Shown: positions 1-9,634 of the stretch, piece after piece
Layout of the letters: the number at the start of each line of letters is the position of its first letter
Numbering within the stretch: the first letter of the stretch is position 1
NCBI GenBank assembly: GCA_964392365.1
Contig: CAYMPH010000004.1
Span: 134,678-198,677, forward strand
DNA from: an uncultured Leptospirales bacterium
Lineage (GTDB): Bacteria; Spirochaetota; UBA4802; UBA5550
Length of the DNA: 64,000 nucleotides
Direction of reading: 5' to 3'
Notes under the pieces: model-generated
Seen by the model: the letters and a program-made list of their open reading frames with translations, nothing else
The model's database searches: none
Told to the model about the DNA's origin: nothing
Position numbers and translations under genes: made by a program

Positions 1-453
1 ACGTTTTGAATCCTGCGGAGTCATCATCATTGTTCTCCAGCATAACGAGGCTAGATCATTTGCACCGCCCGATCCGGGGAAACGCACTTTAGGTTTTGAA
101 TGATCATTGCCTATCATTGTTGAGTTGATATTTCCGTACATATCAATCTGAGCTCCGCCGAGAAATGTATAATCCACCATTCCGCGCTGGCAGGTTTCCA
201 TTATTTCCGGCATTGAACTTGCCATGATTGCCTTATGAAATGTCCGCGAGTCACCCACTGAAATAGGCATTGCAGGCAGAAACGGCGCAACTCCGCCTGC
301 TTCAAACATGATACATAAATTAGGTGAATGGGTTTTCTGGGACAGCATTGCTGCAGCGCATGGAGCGCCGGTTCCGACTACAACAGTTGCCCCGTCTTCG
401 AGATTGCGAGCTGCTATACAGATCATCAGCTCCATTGAATTGAAATCAGCCAT
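1..453 (-). CDS. CoA-transferase beta subunit (glutaconate CoA-transferase GctB-like), partial; C-terminus lies beyond the window start
   Basis: Reverse-complement translation from the ATG at 451-453 gives MADFNSMELMICIAARNLEDGATVVVGTGAPCAA...GGAQIDMYGNINST...RFPGSGGAND, typical of family I CoA-transferase B subunits. Its start overlaps the upstream gene's TAA by 1 nt (TAATG). Confidence 0.75.
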   Translation of the reverse strand, partial: MADFNSMELMICIAARNLEDGATVVVGTGAPCAAAMLSQKTHSPNLCIMFEAGGVAPFLPAMPISVGDSRTFHKAIMASSMPEIMETCQRGMVDYTFLGGAQIDMYGNINSTMIGNDHSKPKVRFPGSGGANDLASLCWRTMMMTPQDSKR

Positions 454-1457
454 TACTTTTTACCTCCGGGTTCAGTATCGATAAGAAATTCCTGAGCTCT
501 GAGTTTCTGAATCTTTTTAATGCCGCCGTTCAATTCTAGATATTCATAAAAATCTTTCGTTCCGTATATCTGTTTATCCATAAATTTTTTAAATTCGTCA
601 GGGTCTTTTTCAGCAGCAAGCCATTCCTTGATATATACTTCATCGGAAAAATATTCATACGGCATATTTCCCGGATAGCTTCCAAATGGAACTTCAACTA
701 CAGCATCTACACACCAGAACGGTATAAAGGTGCTCTCTGGATTCTGCCGGATTTCTTCATTAGTGATCAGACGTTCTGTTGTAAGTACAACCCTCTTCGA
801 TGCTTTAGCAAGATCCTGGTCAGACACAGAAGCGCCGTAAACACGTGCATTGCCGTATATGTCGCATTCATGAACATGGATTGCTGCAAAGTCCGGATAG
901 AGCGCAGGAAGAGCTGCGAATTTTTTCCCAGTGAAAGGGCATTCTATTTCTTTTGCAGCGCTGTATTCAAAAGTATCTGTACCGAGTATATTCCTCGTGG
1001 GCATAAAAGAGAGTCCCATTGCAGCAGCCTTCAGTCTCCATGAGAGCGAGGCATTTGTCCATTCGGTAAGTTTTATTTTCCCGCTCTGAACAGCTCTTCT
1101 GGCATTCGGCGACAGCCCTCTGGCTTCAAGTCCTATTATGTAAGCCACGTCGCATCTGTCTATGCATTCGCCGCCTACTAGTATCTGAAAGTCGTGCGTG
1201 GCAGTATGTCCGGCAAGAGCAAGATTCTTTTTTTTCTGTCGAACTATCTCATGCAGTATAGCGGTTGGTATTCTGTTTGCTCCGAAACCGCCAATCCCGA
1301 TATAGTCACCGTCTTTGAGCATGGTCCTGACAACCTCATCTGCAGTTGAAATTTTTGATTTCAACGCACGGGATTTGGTTTTAAAAAATGCCCTTGCATT
1401 ATCAGGATCCGGATCTGTGAAAAGTTCATTTCGTCCAGTTTTAAGTTGTACGCTCAT
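453..1457 (-). CDS. CoA-transferase alpha subunit (glutaconate CoA-transferase GctA-like)
   Basis: 334 aa ORF. The GDYIGIGGFG, HVHECDIYGN and EEIRQNPESTFIP motifs resemble GctA/3-oxoacid CoA-transferase A subunits. It is translationally coupled to the B subunit. Confidence 0.75.
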   Translation of the reverse strand: MSVQLKTGRNELFTDPDPDNARAFFKTKSRALKSKISTADEVVRTMLKDGDYIGIGGFGANRIPTAILHEIVRQKKKNLALAGHTATHDFQILVGGECIDRCDVAYIIGLEARGLSPNARRAVQSGKIKLTEWTNASLSWRLKAAAMGLSFMPTRNILGTDTFEYSAAKEIECPFTGKKFAALPALYPDFAAIHVHECDIYGNARVYGASVSDQDLAKASKRVVLTTERLITNEEIRQNPESTFIPFWCVDAVVEVPFGSYPGNMPYEYFSDEVYIKEWLAAEKDPDEFKKFMDKQIYGTKDFYEYLELNGGIKKIQKLRAQEFLIDTEPGGKK

Positions 1458-1531
1458 ATCACTTCTCTTCCTATATTTATTAAAATAAAATTAAATAAAA
1501 ACCTGAATTCCATCTGTAAAACCATACCATT

Positions 1532-3346
1532 TTAAGCTTTATCTTCTACATACATTGATTCAATAATTTCTTTATATTTTTCTTTTATTACATTTCTCTT
1601 AACTTTTAATGAAGGTGTCAGATCACCGCTTTCCTGAGAAAACTCTTTCTGAACAATAGTATATTTTTTTATGGTTTCATAACGGGCAAGATGGTTGTTA
1701 AGTTCGTTAACATGCTCCTGAACAATTTTAAGAAAATCCTTATTTGTAAGCAGTTCTTCCGGCTTAGAGAATAAAATTTTATTTTCCATGGCAAGCTTTG
1801 CCGCCTGCTCGAGATTGATATTGCAAAGTGCAGTAAGATATTTTCTCAGATCTCCAATAACTATAAACTGTGTAAATAGCGGATCAGACTTGAAAAGATT
1901 TTCAATCTTCTGCGGAGCGACATTTTTTCCGCCGGAAGTAATGATCAGATCTTTTTTTCTATCTGTAACAAGTAAAAAACCGCTTTCATCAAAATAACCT
2001 ATATCGCCAGTCATCAGATATCCGTCATCTGTAAAAGCTTCTCTGGTCTCTTCTTCCATTTTCCAGTATCCCTTGCAGACATTTCCGCCTTTTAAAAGTA
2101 TTTCTCCATCATCTGCAATTTTTATATTCATGCAGGGTATCGGAGCGCCTGTAGTTCCGATTTTATAATTGGCAATATTCTGCATTGTAGCAGGTGCGCA
2201 GCATTCTGTCATGCCGTATCCCTGAATAACCATAATTCCCGCAGCATTAAAAAAACGGATTATCTCAATAGATGTAGGAGCGCCTGAAGCGGTCATCCAG
2301 CGCACACGTCCGCCAAGAGCATTCTGTAAATTTTCAAAAATCATCTTGTATGCTATTCTATATTTTATTCTCAATAAAAACGGGATTCGCCTTTTTGCTT
2401 CTCTGCGTTCACTTATTTTCGTGCCGACCTTCTGCCCCCAGTAAAATATTTTTCTTTTTAATGGAGATGAAGCTTCTACCTTTGAAATTATCTTCTGGTA
2501 TACCTTTTCGCAAACCCTGGGAACAGCGAGAACAACAGTAGGCTTCTTATCATAAAGATCTGCAAGCAGCGTATCAATGCTTTCAGCGTATGAGGATGTA
2601 ATCCCTACATACATGCCGTACCAGTGGCCTGCAACACGTTCAAAAACGTGACTTAAAGGAAGAAATGGAACAGTTTGATCCGTATCATAAGCATAGTGAG
2701 GTTCAACCTGATCAAGAGCTTTAATAACAGAGATCACATTATTATGAGTAAGCATCGCTCCTTTTGGAAGTCCTGTAGTTCCGGATGTATAAACAATTGT
2801 TGCAAGGTCTTCAAGATCAGCATCATCTGCAAGCTTCTCAAACAATGCCTCATTTTTTTTATATTCTTCGCGGCCTATTTTAAACAGATCATTAAAGCTT
2901 AAAACAAAATCCGGCGTGTTGTCTGCATCCTCATTTTTCATTACAATAATTTTCTGAAGCCCTTTGAAACGCTCTTTAACATATAAAGCTTTTTTCAGCT
3001 GAATTTTGTTTTCAACAATCATAATTTTTGATTCTGAATTGCTCACAATATATTCAGCTTCCTCATCAGTCAGGGTTGGATAGATAGGGATAACACAGGC
3101 GCCTATACCAAGAATTCCCATATCTGAATAAAGCCATTCAAGCCTGTTTTCAGAAAGGATTGAAACTCTGTCGCCTTTTCTAACACCAAACGAATACAGG
3201 GCCATACCAACAGTCCGCGATCTTTCATAATAATCATTCCACGAAGCGCTTTCCCATTTTCCGTTTAATTTTTTTTCGATAGCAAGACGGTCGCCGTATT
3301 TTTTTGCGCGATTTCTAAAAACCTGATTTATCGTTTTTTCTTCCAT
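1532..3346 (-). CDS. long-chain fatty acid-CoA ligase (AMP-forming acyl-CoA synthetase)
   Basis: 604 aa ORF with the AMP-binding motif YTSGTTGLPKGAMLTHNN and a downstream TGD...GY motif. SD AAGGGGGA lies upstream. Confidence 0.85.
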   Translation of the reverse strand: MEEKTINQVFRNRAKKYGDRLAIEKKLNGKWESASWNDYYERSRTVGMALYSFGVRKGDRVSILSENRLEWLYSDMGILGIGACVIPIYPTLTDEEAEYIVSNSESKIMIVENKIQLKKALYVKERFKGLQKIIVMKNEDADNTPDFVLSFNDLFKIGREEYKKNEALFEKLADDADLEDLATIVYTSGTTGLPKGAMLTHNNVISVIKALDQVEPHYAYDTDQTVPFLPLSHVFERVAGHWYGMYVGITSSYAESIDTLLADLYDKKPTVVLAVPRVCEKVYQKIISKVEASSPLKRKIFYWGQKVGTKISERREAKRRIPFLLRIKYRIAYKMIFENLQNALGGRVRWMTASGAPTSIEIIRFFNAAGIMVIQGYGMTECCAPATMQNIANYKIGTTGAPIPCMNIKIADDGEILLKGGNVCKGYWKMEEETREAFTDDGYLMTGDIGYFDESGFLLVTDRKKDLIITSGGKNVAPQKIENLFKSDPLFTQFIVIGDLRKYLTALCNINLEQAAKLAMENKILFSKPEELLTNKDFLKIVQEHVNELNNHLARYETIKKYTIVQKEFSQESGDLTPSLKVKRNVIKEKYKEIIESMYVEDKA

Positions 3347-3370
3347 CTATCCCCCTTTGCAGATTATGCT

Positions 3371-4150
3371 TTATCTGCCTTTAAAAACAGGTTTCCGCTT
3401 TTCAAGAAAAGCGGTTATTCCCTCTTTCTTATCATCGCTTTCAGCAAGTTTCCCGAACAATCTGCTTTCCAGTTTTAAAGCTTCTTCTTTTGACAGCTCA
3501 ACACTGAGGTTAATTGTTTCAATTATTGCAGCAACAGAAAGAGGTCCTTTAAATGCAATATCCTTTGCAAGTTTCATTGCCTCTTCCATCAATTTATCCG
3601 GCGGCGCAACCCTGTTCACAAGACCAACTCTCTCAGCTTCTTCAGATCCGATAAACTTTCCTGTCAGAATATACTCCATGGCTTTTGCTTTCCCGAGAAG
3701 CCTCGTCATTCTCACAATTCCTCCGAATGCAGGCATAATGCCAAGCATCACCTCTGGAAGTCCCATTTGAGCTCCCTCTGCTGCAATACGCATATGGCAT
3801 GCAAGCGCCAGTTCAGTTCCGCCTCCCAGGCACGCCCCGTTAATTGCTGCAATGACCGGTTTCTTTGAATTCTCTATAAGATTTGTTATTTCATGTGCCC
3901 TTCCTGAAAGGCGCTCACCTTCTTCAGCATTCTTAATATTCTGAACTTTGTTCACGTCCGCTCCTACAACAAAAGTTGCTCCGGCTGCTGTAATAATAAC
4001 TGCCTTAACCCTGTCATCGACTTCAATCTGATGTATGCAGAATTCGAGCTCAAGCATTGTAATTTCATCCAGCGAGTTCATCGGAGGATTATTGATTATA
4101 ATCGTTGCAACACCCTTATCCGTTACATCATAATTGACTTTTTGTCCCAT
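3371..4150 (-). CDS. enoyl-CoA hydratase (crotonase family)
   Basis: 259 aa ORF with the crotonase fold signature AAINGACLGGGTELALACHMRIAAE. Confidence 0.85.
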   Translation of the reverse strand: MGQKVNYDVTDKGVATIIINNPPMNSLDEITMLELEFCIHQIEVDDRVKAVIITAAGATFVVGADVNKVQNIKNAEEGERLSGRAHEITNLIENSKKPVIAAINGACLGGGTELALACHMRIAAEGAQMGLPEVMLGIMPAFGGIVRMTRLLGKAKAMEYILTGKFIGSEEAERVGLVNRVAPPDKLMEEAMKLAKDIAFKGPLSVAAIIETINLSVELSKEEALKLESRLFGKLAESDDKKEGITAFLEKRKPVFKGR

Positions 4151-4198
4151 TGCTGAACCTCGTATAAAAATTTAAAATATTTGAACTGATGTCAGTAA

Positions 4199-4281
4199 GT
4201 TAAGCCCCCTAAATCCCCCGGAGGGGGACTAAAAAAATTCAACTCTACTTAAGCCCCCCTCCGGGGGGTTGGGGGGCTTTA
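4199..4281. repeat. GC-rich composite palindromic intergenic element, copy 1. A-box is agcccccTAAATcccccGGAgggggACT; B-box is aagccccccTCCggggggTTggggggct.
   Basis: C5/G5-6 runs form nested hairpins in an otherwise AT-rich genome. It sits between the stop of the DUF35-BKACE gene and the start of the crotonase gene. A near-identical composite element lies at 39594-39692. Confidence 0.7.
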
Positions 4282-4285
4282 TTTT

Positions 4286-5713
4286 CTATCTTTTCTTAAG
4301 ACCCATAATTTCTCTTGCTTCGTCAGGAGTTGCAGGTGTACGTCCGAGAGCCTCGGCAATTCTTACAGCCCATTCAACCTGCTCATAGCTTCCCTTGGCA
4401 AGATCGCCGTTAGGAACGCGTATATTATCCTCAAGACCAACCCTCATATGTCCGCCCAGCAGACATGACTGAGTTATGGCAGGGAACTGATCCTGTCCGA
4501 CACCGCAGGTTGTGAAATTGCAGTTATCAGGCATCGCATTTTTCAGTGCAATAAATGCATCCGCTCTGAAAGCCTGGCCTCCGGCAACTCCCCAAACAAA
4601 ATTGAGATTATACGGCGCGCTGAAAATTCCCTGTTTGCCTATAAGCATCCAGTTGTCGAGTCCGCCCATATCATAGATTTCAATTTCAGGTTTTACTCCG
4701 TTATCAAGCATGGCTTTGGCAAAATCCTGAAGCATAGTGAAGGTGTTTTCAAAAACAAAATCTATAAATATCTTACCGGTCTTACGGTCGATTATACTGA
4801 AATTCATTGTATTGGTATTCAATGAAGCCATTTCCGGCTTAATAGCTACTATCTGCGAAATCCTCTGCTCAGGAGTCTTGCCCATGCCAACTGCAGAACT
4901 GAGATTGACTATCAGCTCAGGACACTTGTCCTTAATAGCATCATGTGTAGCCTTGATTCTCGCATGATCATGAGTAGCCATACCGTTGGATTCTCTTGCA
5001 TGCACATGAACCATTGCAGCTCCTGCCTTATAGCATTTATAAGCTTCATTTGCAAATTCTTCGGGTTCATATGGAACATTTTCATTCTGATTTTTCATTG
5101 TAGCTGCTCCTGTAAGAGCTGCAGTAATTATAACGTTGCTATACATATCTCCATGGCCTCCTTTCTGTTTTTTCGCCTGAGGAACTGATGCTACTGACGG
5201 ATCTGAAGAACCAGCGGACTCAGATCTGTCTTTCATAGAAATCTTCGAGACTTTACTCGGCTTAAAGTGATCTATATCAAGAATTGTACTGGTCGTTTCT
5301 TTTGCAAATACAGCTTCCACTCTCATTCCTGTTTTTACTTCAGAAATATCTGTTTCTTCAAGAATATGCATAAAAGGCGAATCTGCACCATCGAGTTTTA
5401 TCAGCGCCAGTACAAATGGAGCCTTCCTCGGCAGATGTTTGTCATCATACCTGACTACTGTAAAATTGACAACCTCACCTGTGTTCTGAAGTTCAACCCA
5501 GTTGTCTCTTATGTCTGTAAAATCTTTTTCACATACCTGACGGGGCGGAACATATACTTTATTGCACTTGGGGCAATTAACACCCATAATTATTTTTTTA
5601 TCCCTGATCGTAGTAATAAATTTACTGCCGAGTCTTCCAGGGAAGTATGTATAGGGGAGTGCCAGTTTCCCTTCTACTATGAAACAATCTTTCTTATCGT
5701 ATTCAAGGCTCAT
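4286..5713 (-). CDS. fusion protein: N-terminal DUF35 (Zn-ribbon + OB-fold, acyl-CoA-associated) and C-terminal BKACE/DUF849 beta-keto acid cleavage enzyme (3-keto-5-aminohexanoate cleavage enzyme Kce-like)
   Basis: N-terminus carries CPKCNKVYVPPRQVC (Zn ribbon) followed by an OB-fold-like region. C-terminus carries IITAALTGA...VHVHARE...PEIEIYDMGG...GGHMRVGLEDN...ATPDEAREI, the BKACE/Kce signature. Strong SD AAGGAGGGG. Confidence 0.8.
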   Translation of the reverse strand: MSLEYDKKDCFIVEGKLALPYTYFPGRLGSKFITTIRDKKIIMGVNCPKCNKVYVPPRQVCEKDFTDIRDNWVELQNTGEVVNFTVVRYDDKHLPRKAPFVLALIKLDGADSPFMHILEETDISEVKTGMRVEAVFAKETTSTILDIDHFKPSKVSKISMKDRSESAGSSDPSVASVPQAKKQKGGHGDMYSNVIITAALTGAATMKNQNENVPYEPEEFANEAYKCYKAGAAMVHVHARESNGMATHDHARIKATHDAIKDKCPELIVNLSSAVGMGKTPEQRISQIVAIKPEMASLNTNTMNFSIIDRKTGKIFIDFVFENTFTMLQDFAKAMLDNGVKPEIEIYDMGGLDNWMLIGKQGIFSAPYNLNFVWGVAGGQAFRADAFIALKNAMPDNCNFTTCGVGQDQFPAITQSCLLGGHMRVGLEDNIRVPNGDLAKGSYEQVEWAVRIAEALGRTPATPDEAREIMGLKKR

Positions 5714-5724
5714 CGTTCCCCTCC

Positions 5725-7266
5725 TTATTGATCTATTTCAAAATACTTGATATCGAAAATGCTGCCCACACGCTTTTCATTCCATACAGGCCTGACTCGT
5801 GTGCCGGCAACGTCGTTTTTCCCATTCTTGATCAGATCAATCTGATCACGTCTTACAAGGTGAGCAAAAGTGTCATTGCCGGTACATCCATCGAGAAGTA
5901 TATTCAGCATACCATATGGAGTTTCCCTTGTTTCTCCTGTAAGAGGATCAGGGCTGGAAAAATAAACATATTCCATATAGCGGACCTGGCCTTTCGGACC
6001 GACTTCCAGCCATTCTGTTGCAGGAATACGGCACTCTGCACAAACATCACGTGCAGGCAGATGAACCCTTCCGCATTTCGGGCATTTATTTGTAAAAATT
6101 TTCTTTTCTTTGAGAGCATGAAGAAATCTTCCCATTATAGGGCCGGTTGCAAAACGCTGATTTACTGATATTGTTTTTTTCAGAACAAGCAGTTCTTCCT
6201 TTTCAGCCTCTCCTCCAGTTGCAGGTGGTATATACTTGGAAAAAATTTCACCAAGTTTTAAAGCTAACTCGGTTTTGCCTTCTATTGAAGCCCTTCCAGC
6301 AGAAAGAAGCGAAAAAGGATCTGTCTTGCCGAGCATAACGTCAACCCAGTCTTTCGCTTCATTAACGCACAATTTAGTTGTCGGCTTTTCAGGCTGACCT
6401 GTTTTAAGATCGCACTTGCCGCCTTTGATATAAGCAGTCCATTTACCGCCGCCCTCTCCGCCGATATCATATGTAATTGTTGCATCAAGATCAGGAACAG
6501 CTTTAGGCTGAAATCTATGAACAAGAGTACCGAACATATCGAGGATGTAATCCTTAGTAGTGAACTCAACTTTTTTAGGTTCGTACTTCGCAAAAATTTC
6601 TCCAAGCTTAAGAGCAATCTCTGTTTTTCCTTCAATTGAAGCTCTGCCTGCTGATAATAGCGAAAAAGGATCTGTCTTGCCGAGCATAACATCTACCCAG
6701 TCTTTTGCTTCATTTACATTAAGCTTGGTTGTAGGTTTTTCCGGCTCGCCTGTTTTAAGATCACATTTGCCGTCTTTTATATATGCAGTCCAGACTCCTC
6801 CGCCTTCTCCGCCGATATTATACGTGATGCTAGCATCAAGCCCCGGAGCTCCCTTAGGCTGAAAACGGGAAACAAGGGTGCTGAACATATCCTGAATATA
6901 ATCAGCTGTGCCCATTTCTTTCTTGGCAGGTACAAATTTTTTAAACATTTTTGTCGTTTTACCGAAAGTACCCATATCACCTTCAAGCTTTACCTTTCCC
7001 GACATGAAAGCGTTTGTTGCATCAACCTTTCCTATATTAACACCGATGAAATTTTCCTCGCTTGCTTTCATAATTGTTACGCAGCCGGAAAGATCATCAG
7101 TCTTTTCCACTTTCATTGAATCATTCTTTACTGCAAGCTTCCACTTGCCCGCCCCTTCAATGTCGTATCCGAATAAAGCGTCAACACCCTTTGCGCCTTC
7201 AACACGAAAGCGGTCTTTCATGGTGTTGAATATATCTTCTACCTTTACTCCCCAGTATTCTGTCAT
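5725..7266 (-). CDS. triple SCP2 (sterol-carrier-protein-2) domain protein with C-terminal DUF35 (Zn-ribbon/OB-fold) domain
   Basis: Three tandem repeats of about 110 aa (YIxDMFxTLVxRFQPK...ITYxIGGEGGGxWTAYIKxGKCDLKTGxPEKPTTKL), then CPKCGRVHLPARDVCAECR. The likely true start is the ATG at 7264-7266 (MTEYWGV) preceded by AGGAGGA. The longer track ORF to 7386 overlaps the upstream gene. Confidence 0.75.
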   Translation of the reverse strand: MTEYWGVKVEDIFNTMKDRFRVEGAKGVDALFGYDIEGAGKWKLAVKNDSMKVEKTDDLSGCVTIMKASEENFIGVNIGKVDATNAFMSGKVKLEGDMGTFGKTTKMFKKFVPAKKEMGTADYIQDMFSTLVSRFQPKGAPGLDASITYNIGGEGGGVWTAYIKDGKCDLKTGEPEKPTTKLNVNEAKDWVDVMLGKTDPFSLLSAGRASIEGKTEIALKLGEIFAKYEPKKVEFTTKDYILDMFGTLVHRFQPKAVPDLDATITYDIGGEGGGKWTAYIKGGKCDLKTGQPEKPTTKLCVNEAKDWVDVMLGKTDPFSLLSAGRASIEGKTELALKLGEIFSKYIPPATGGEAEKEELLVLKKTISVNQRFATGPIMGRFLHALKEKKIFTNKCPKCGRVHLPARDVCAECRIPATEWLEVGPKGQVRYMEYVYFSSPDPLTGETRETPYGMLNILLDGCTGNDTFAHLVRRDQIDLIKNGKNDVAGTRVRPVWNEKRVGSIFDIKYFEIDQ

Positions 7267-7276
7267 ATTCTCCTCC

Positions 7277-8476
7277 TTACCAGTTAAGGTCCTTTTCAAG
7301 CATTGTGAGAACTGTCCACATAGTTCCGCCGAAACCCGACGCAAGAGCATGATTAACTTCAGTAGGTATCTGATGGTCTCCTGCATCTCCCCTGACCTGC
7401 AGAGCAGCCTCAGCTACGCGTATCAGCGCAGTAGCTCCTATAGGATTAGACGCAATAACACCTCCCGAAGGATTGATAGGCATCTTTCCGCCGATCATTA
7501 TCTCTTTATTTTCCACCAGTTTCAGATGCTCATCACCCTTAAGCTGGAAGAAATCCCTTATCCAGTCAACACCCCACCAGGATGCTGGATCATACATTTC
7601 AAACACATCAAAATACTCAAGAGGCTCTTTAATATTATTTCTTTTATAAAGATTTTCAGCAGCAAAACGATGAGTCATAGGCACAGGGTATTTTTCATCA
7701 TATCCGAAAAAGATGAATGTTTCCTCTCTATGAACTGTTATATGATCGCGGACCCAAACCGGCTTTTTGGAAATCTTTTTTGCCGTTTTTTCTTCAGCAT
7801 ATATAACTACACACGCTCCATCAGACTGCGAACACATTTCAATCAGCTTCAGATCTCCAACAAGTTTAGGTGATGTCTTAATAAGGTCATCTATCTGTTC
7901 AAATTCTAGACCAAAAGCGCGGTGAGCATTCTTATTCTTAACTGCATGCTTATCCATAATTATTCTATACATAAGGGAGGCACGCTTGGCCCTTTCTTCG
8001 CCGAATTCGCTGATTGATTCATATGCCTTGGATCCGGTAAGTGCACCTGTCTGAAGATTCCTGAACCAGAGAGGATCCGCCATGTTCGTAATACCGCCGG
8101 TGGTGTGCCCCTCCTGCTGCTTCTCAAAACCGATAGCCATAACAATATCATACATTCCGGATGCTACCAGGTTGTCTGATGCACATGAAAGTGTTGCACC
8201 GACTGTGCCCCCGGTTGTTATCCGTATTGATTCCTTGCCGTATGCCCCGGTACCGAGAGTATGCCAGCAGTCCGGCTGGTGAATCATTTCAAACAACTCC
8301 ATATTTCCATGCACAATACAGTCTATATCTTTCATGGTAAGCCCTGCATCTTTTAGTGCTGCACTTACAGCTTCATGTATCATTTCAGGCTGATTTACAT
8401 CTTCACGGTGACTGGAAAATTTCGTCATGCCGATTCCTATAATTCCGACATTTCTGTTTTTCTTTCTATGAGCCAT
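7277..8476 (-). CDS. thiolase-like protein (SCP-x / Ltp2-type, thiolase fold)
   Basis: 399 aa ORF with thiolase-fold N- and C-domains (GIIGIGMTKF..., INPSGGVIASNPIGATALIRVAE). SD AAGGAGG. The expected His of the G-H-P motif appears as Asn (SNPIGAT). Confidence 0.7.
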   Translation of the reverse strand: MAHRKKNRNVGIIGIGMTKFSSHREDVNQPEMIHEAVSAALKDAGLTMKDIDCIVHGNMELFEMIHQPDCWHTLGTGAYGKESIRITTGGTVGATLSCASDNLVASGMYDIVMAIGFEKQQEGHTTGGITNMADPLWFRNLQTGALTGSKAYESISEFGEERAKRASLMYRIIMDKHAVKNKNAHRAFGLEFEQIDDLIKTSPKLVGDLKLIEMCSQSDGACVVIYAEEKTAKKISKKPVWVRDHITVHREETFIFFGYDEKYPVPMTHRFAAENLYKRNNIKEPLEYFDVFEMYDPASWWGVDWIRDFFQLKGDEHLKLVENKEIMIGGKMPINPSGGVIASNPIGATALIRVAEAALQVRGDAGDHQIPTEVNHALASGFGGTMWTVLTMLEKDLNW

Positions 8477-8488
8477 AATATAACCTCC

Positions 8489-9634
8489 TTATTTCTCCAT
8501 TATTACAACTGCCTGATGCTGGGCAGCCGGACCATAAGAGGCCTGCGCAAGGGCTTTCTTTACACCTTTCACCTGGCGCTCGCCCGCTTCTCCGCGAAGC
8601 TGCAGAAAACATTCAATTGCTCTTGCAGCCCCGCCCAACAGAAGAGGATTGCCGTTAAGCATACCGCCGGAAAGATTAACATTATATTTATCCATTCCGC
8701 CGTCTTCAATCCACTTGCCGCCTTTGCCTTCATCAGCAATACCAACACCCTCTGCCCACATAGGCAGCTGATAAGCAGCCTGGTCGCTTAATTCAAATAT
8801 ATTGATTTCTTTTTTAGGATCTTTTATGCCTGACATTTTATATGCTCTTGAAGATGCATTTTTTAATGAAAAATTTGAAGCAAGGTCTTTATCTCCAAGG
8901 AAATAGCTGTCCATGCAGCTTCCGTATCCTGTAATCCAGATAGGGTTGTCTGTAAATTCCTTAACACGATCTTCTGTACAGAGAAGCATTCCATATGCCC
9001 AGTCAGTAACCGGATAATAATGAAGATCCCTTATAGGATCTGAAAGCAGCGGGGAATTCATTACTTCTTTTTCATCAACCATTTTGTTGTCGCGCGCGTA
9101 TGGATTCTTTTTGGAATTTTTCCTGGAACGTACAACAATCTTTGCAAGATGTTCCTCGGACAATCCGGATTTTTCCATATACGCTCTTGCCTGCAATGCG
9201 CTCACATTTAAATGGTCCATGCCAAGCGGCCTGCAGTAAAACGGATCAAAAGTCAGGTTTGTAACCATCCTTCTGCTCTCACCCTGAGATTCCTTGCAGT
9301 GCCCCATAAATAAAATAACATCATCGTGGCCTGACTTTATGCACGACATCGCATATCCAAGGCCGTTGATGCTTTCCTGCGCCATTTTTTCTTCGCCCCT
9401 GAACTGCGCTCCAACAACATCAGTGACTCCGTTATTTGAAATGGTACGGGCATCAAACATGTCATCAGAACAGGTGATAATATTCCTGATTCCCTTATCC
9501 ATATCAAATGAAACTTTAGTCTGGGTCTTGATAGATTCAAAACATTCATGCAGCATATTCTGAAATCGCGCATGCCAGGCATCGGCTTCGTTCTTAATCT
9601 GTGCTACTGCACATAACGCAACACGATTACTCAT
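8489..9634 (-). CDS. thiolase-like protein (second paralog, probably non-canonical or inactive thiolase fold)
   Basis: Likely start MSNRVALCAV at the ATG 9632-9634 preceded by AAGGAGGA. The C-terminal NLSGGMLNGNPLLLGGAARAIE matches the thiolase GHP region, again with Asn in place of His. The track ORF extends to 9709. Confidence 0.6.
   Translation of the reverse strand: MSNRVALCAVAQIKNEADAWHARFQNMLHECFESIKTQTKVSFDMDKGIRNIITCSDDMFDARTISNNGVTDVVGAQFRGEEKMAQESINGLGYAMSCIKSGHDDVILFMGHCKESQGESRRMVTNLTFDPFYCRPLGMDHLNVSALQARAYMEKSGLSEEHLAKIVVRSRKNSKKNPYARDNKMVDEKEVMNSPLLSDPIRDLHYYPVTDWAYGMLLCTEDRVKEFTDNPIWITGYGSCMDSYFLGDKDLASNFSLKNASSRAYKMSGIKDPKKEINIFELSDQAAYQLPMWAEGVGIADEGKGGKWIEDGGMDKYNVNLSGGMLNGNPLLLGGAARAIECFLQLRGEAGERQVKGVKKALAQASYGPAAQHQAVVIMEK

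Noticed and set aside
3357-3770. 137-aa plus-strand ORF
   Set aside because: Antisense to the crotonase gene. Low-complexity product.
5725-7386. Longer 553-aa version of the SCP2-DUF35 gene
   Set aside because: The first 40 codons overlap the upstream thiolase-like gene by 110 nt and are low-complexity. An internal ATG at 7266 with an AGGAGGA SD gives a clean start.
6908-7873. 321-aa plus-strand ORF
   Set aside because: Lies entirely antisense to the strongly supported SCP2-DUF35 and thiolase-like genes. Low-complexity Ser/Phe-rich translation and no RBS.
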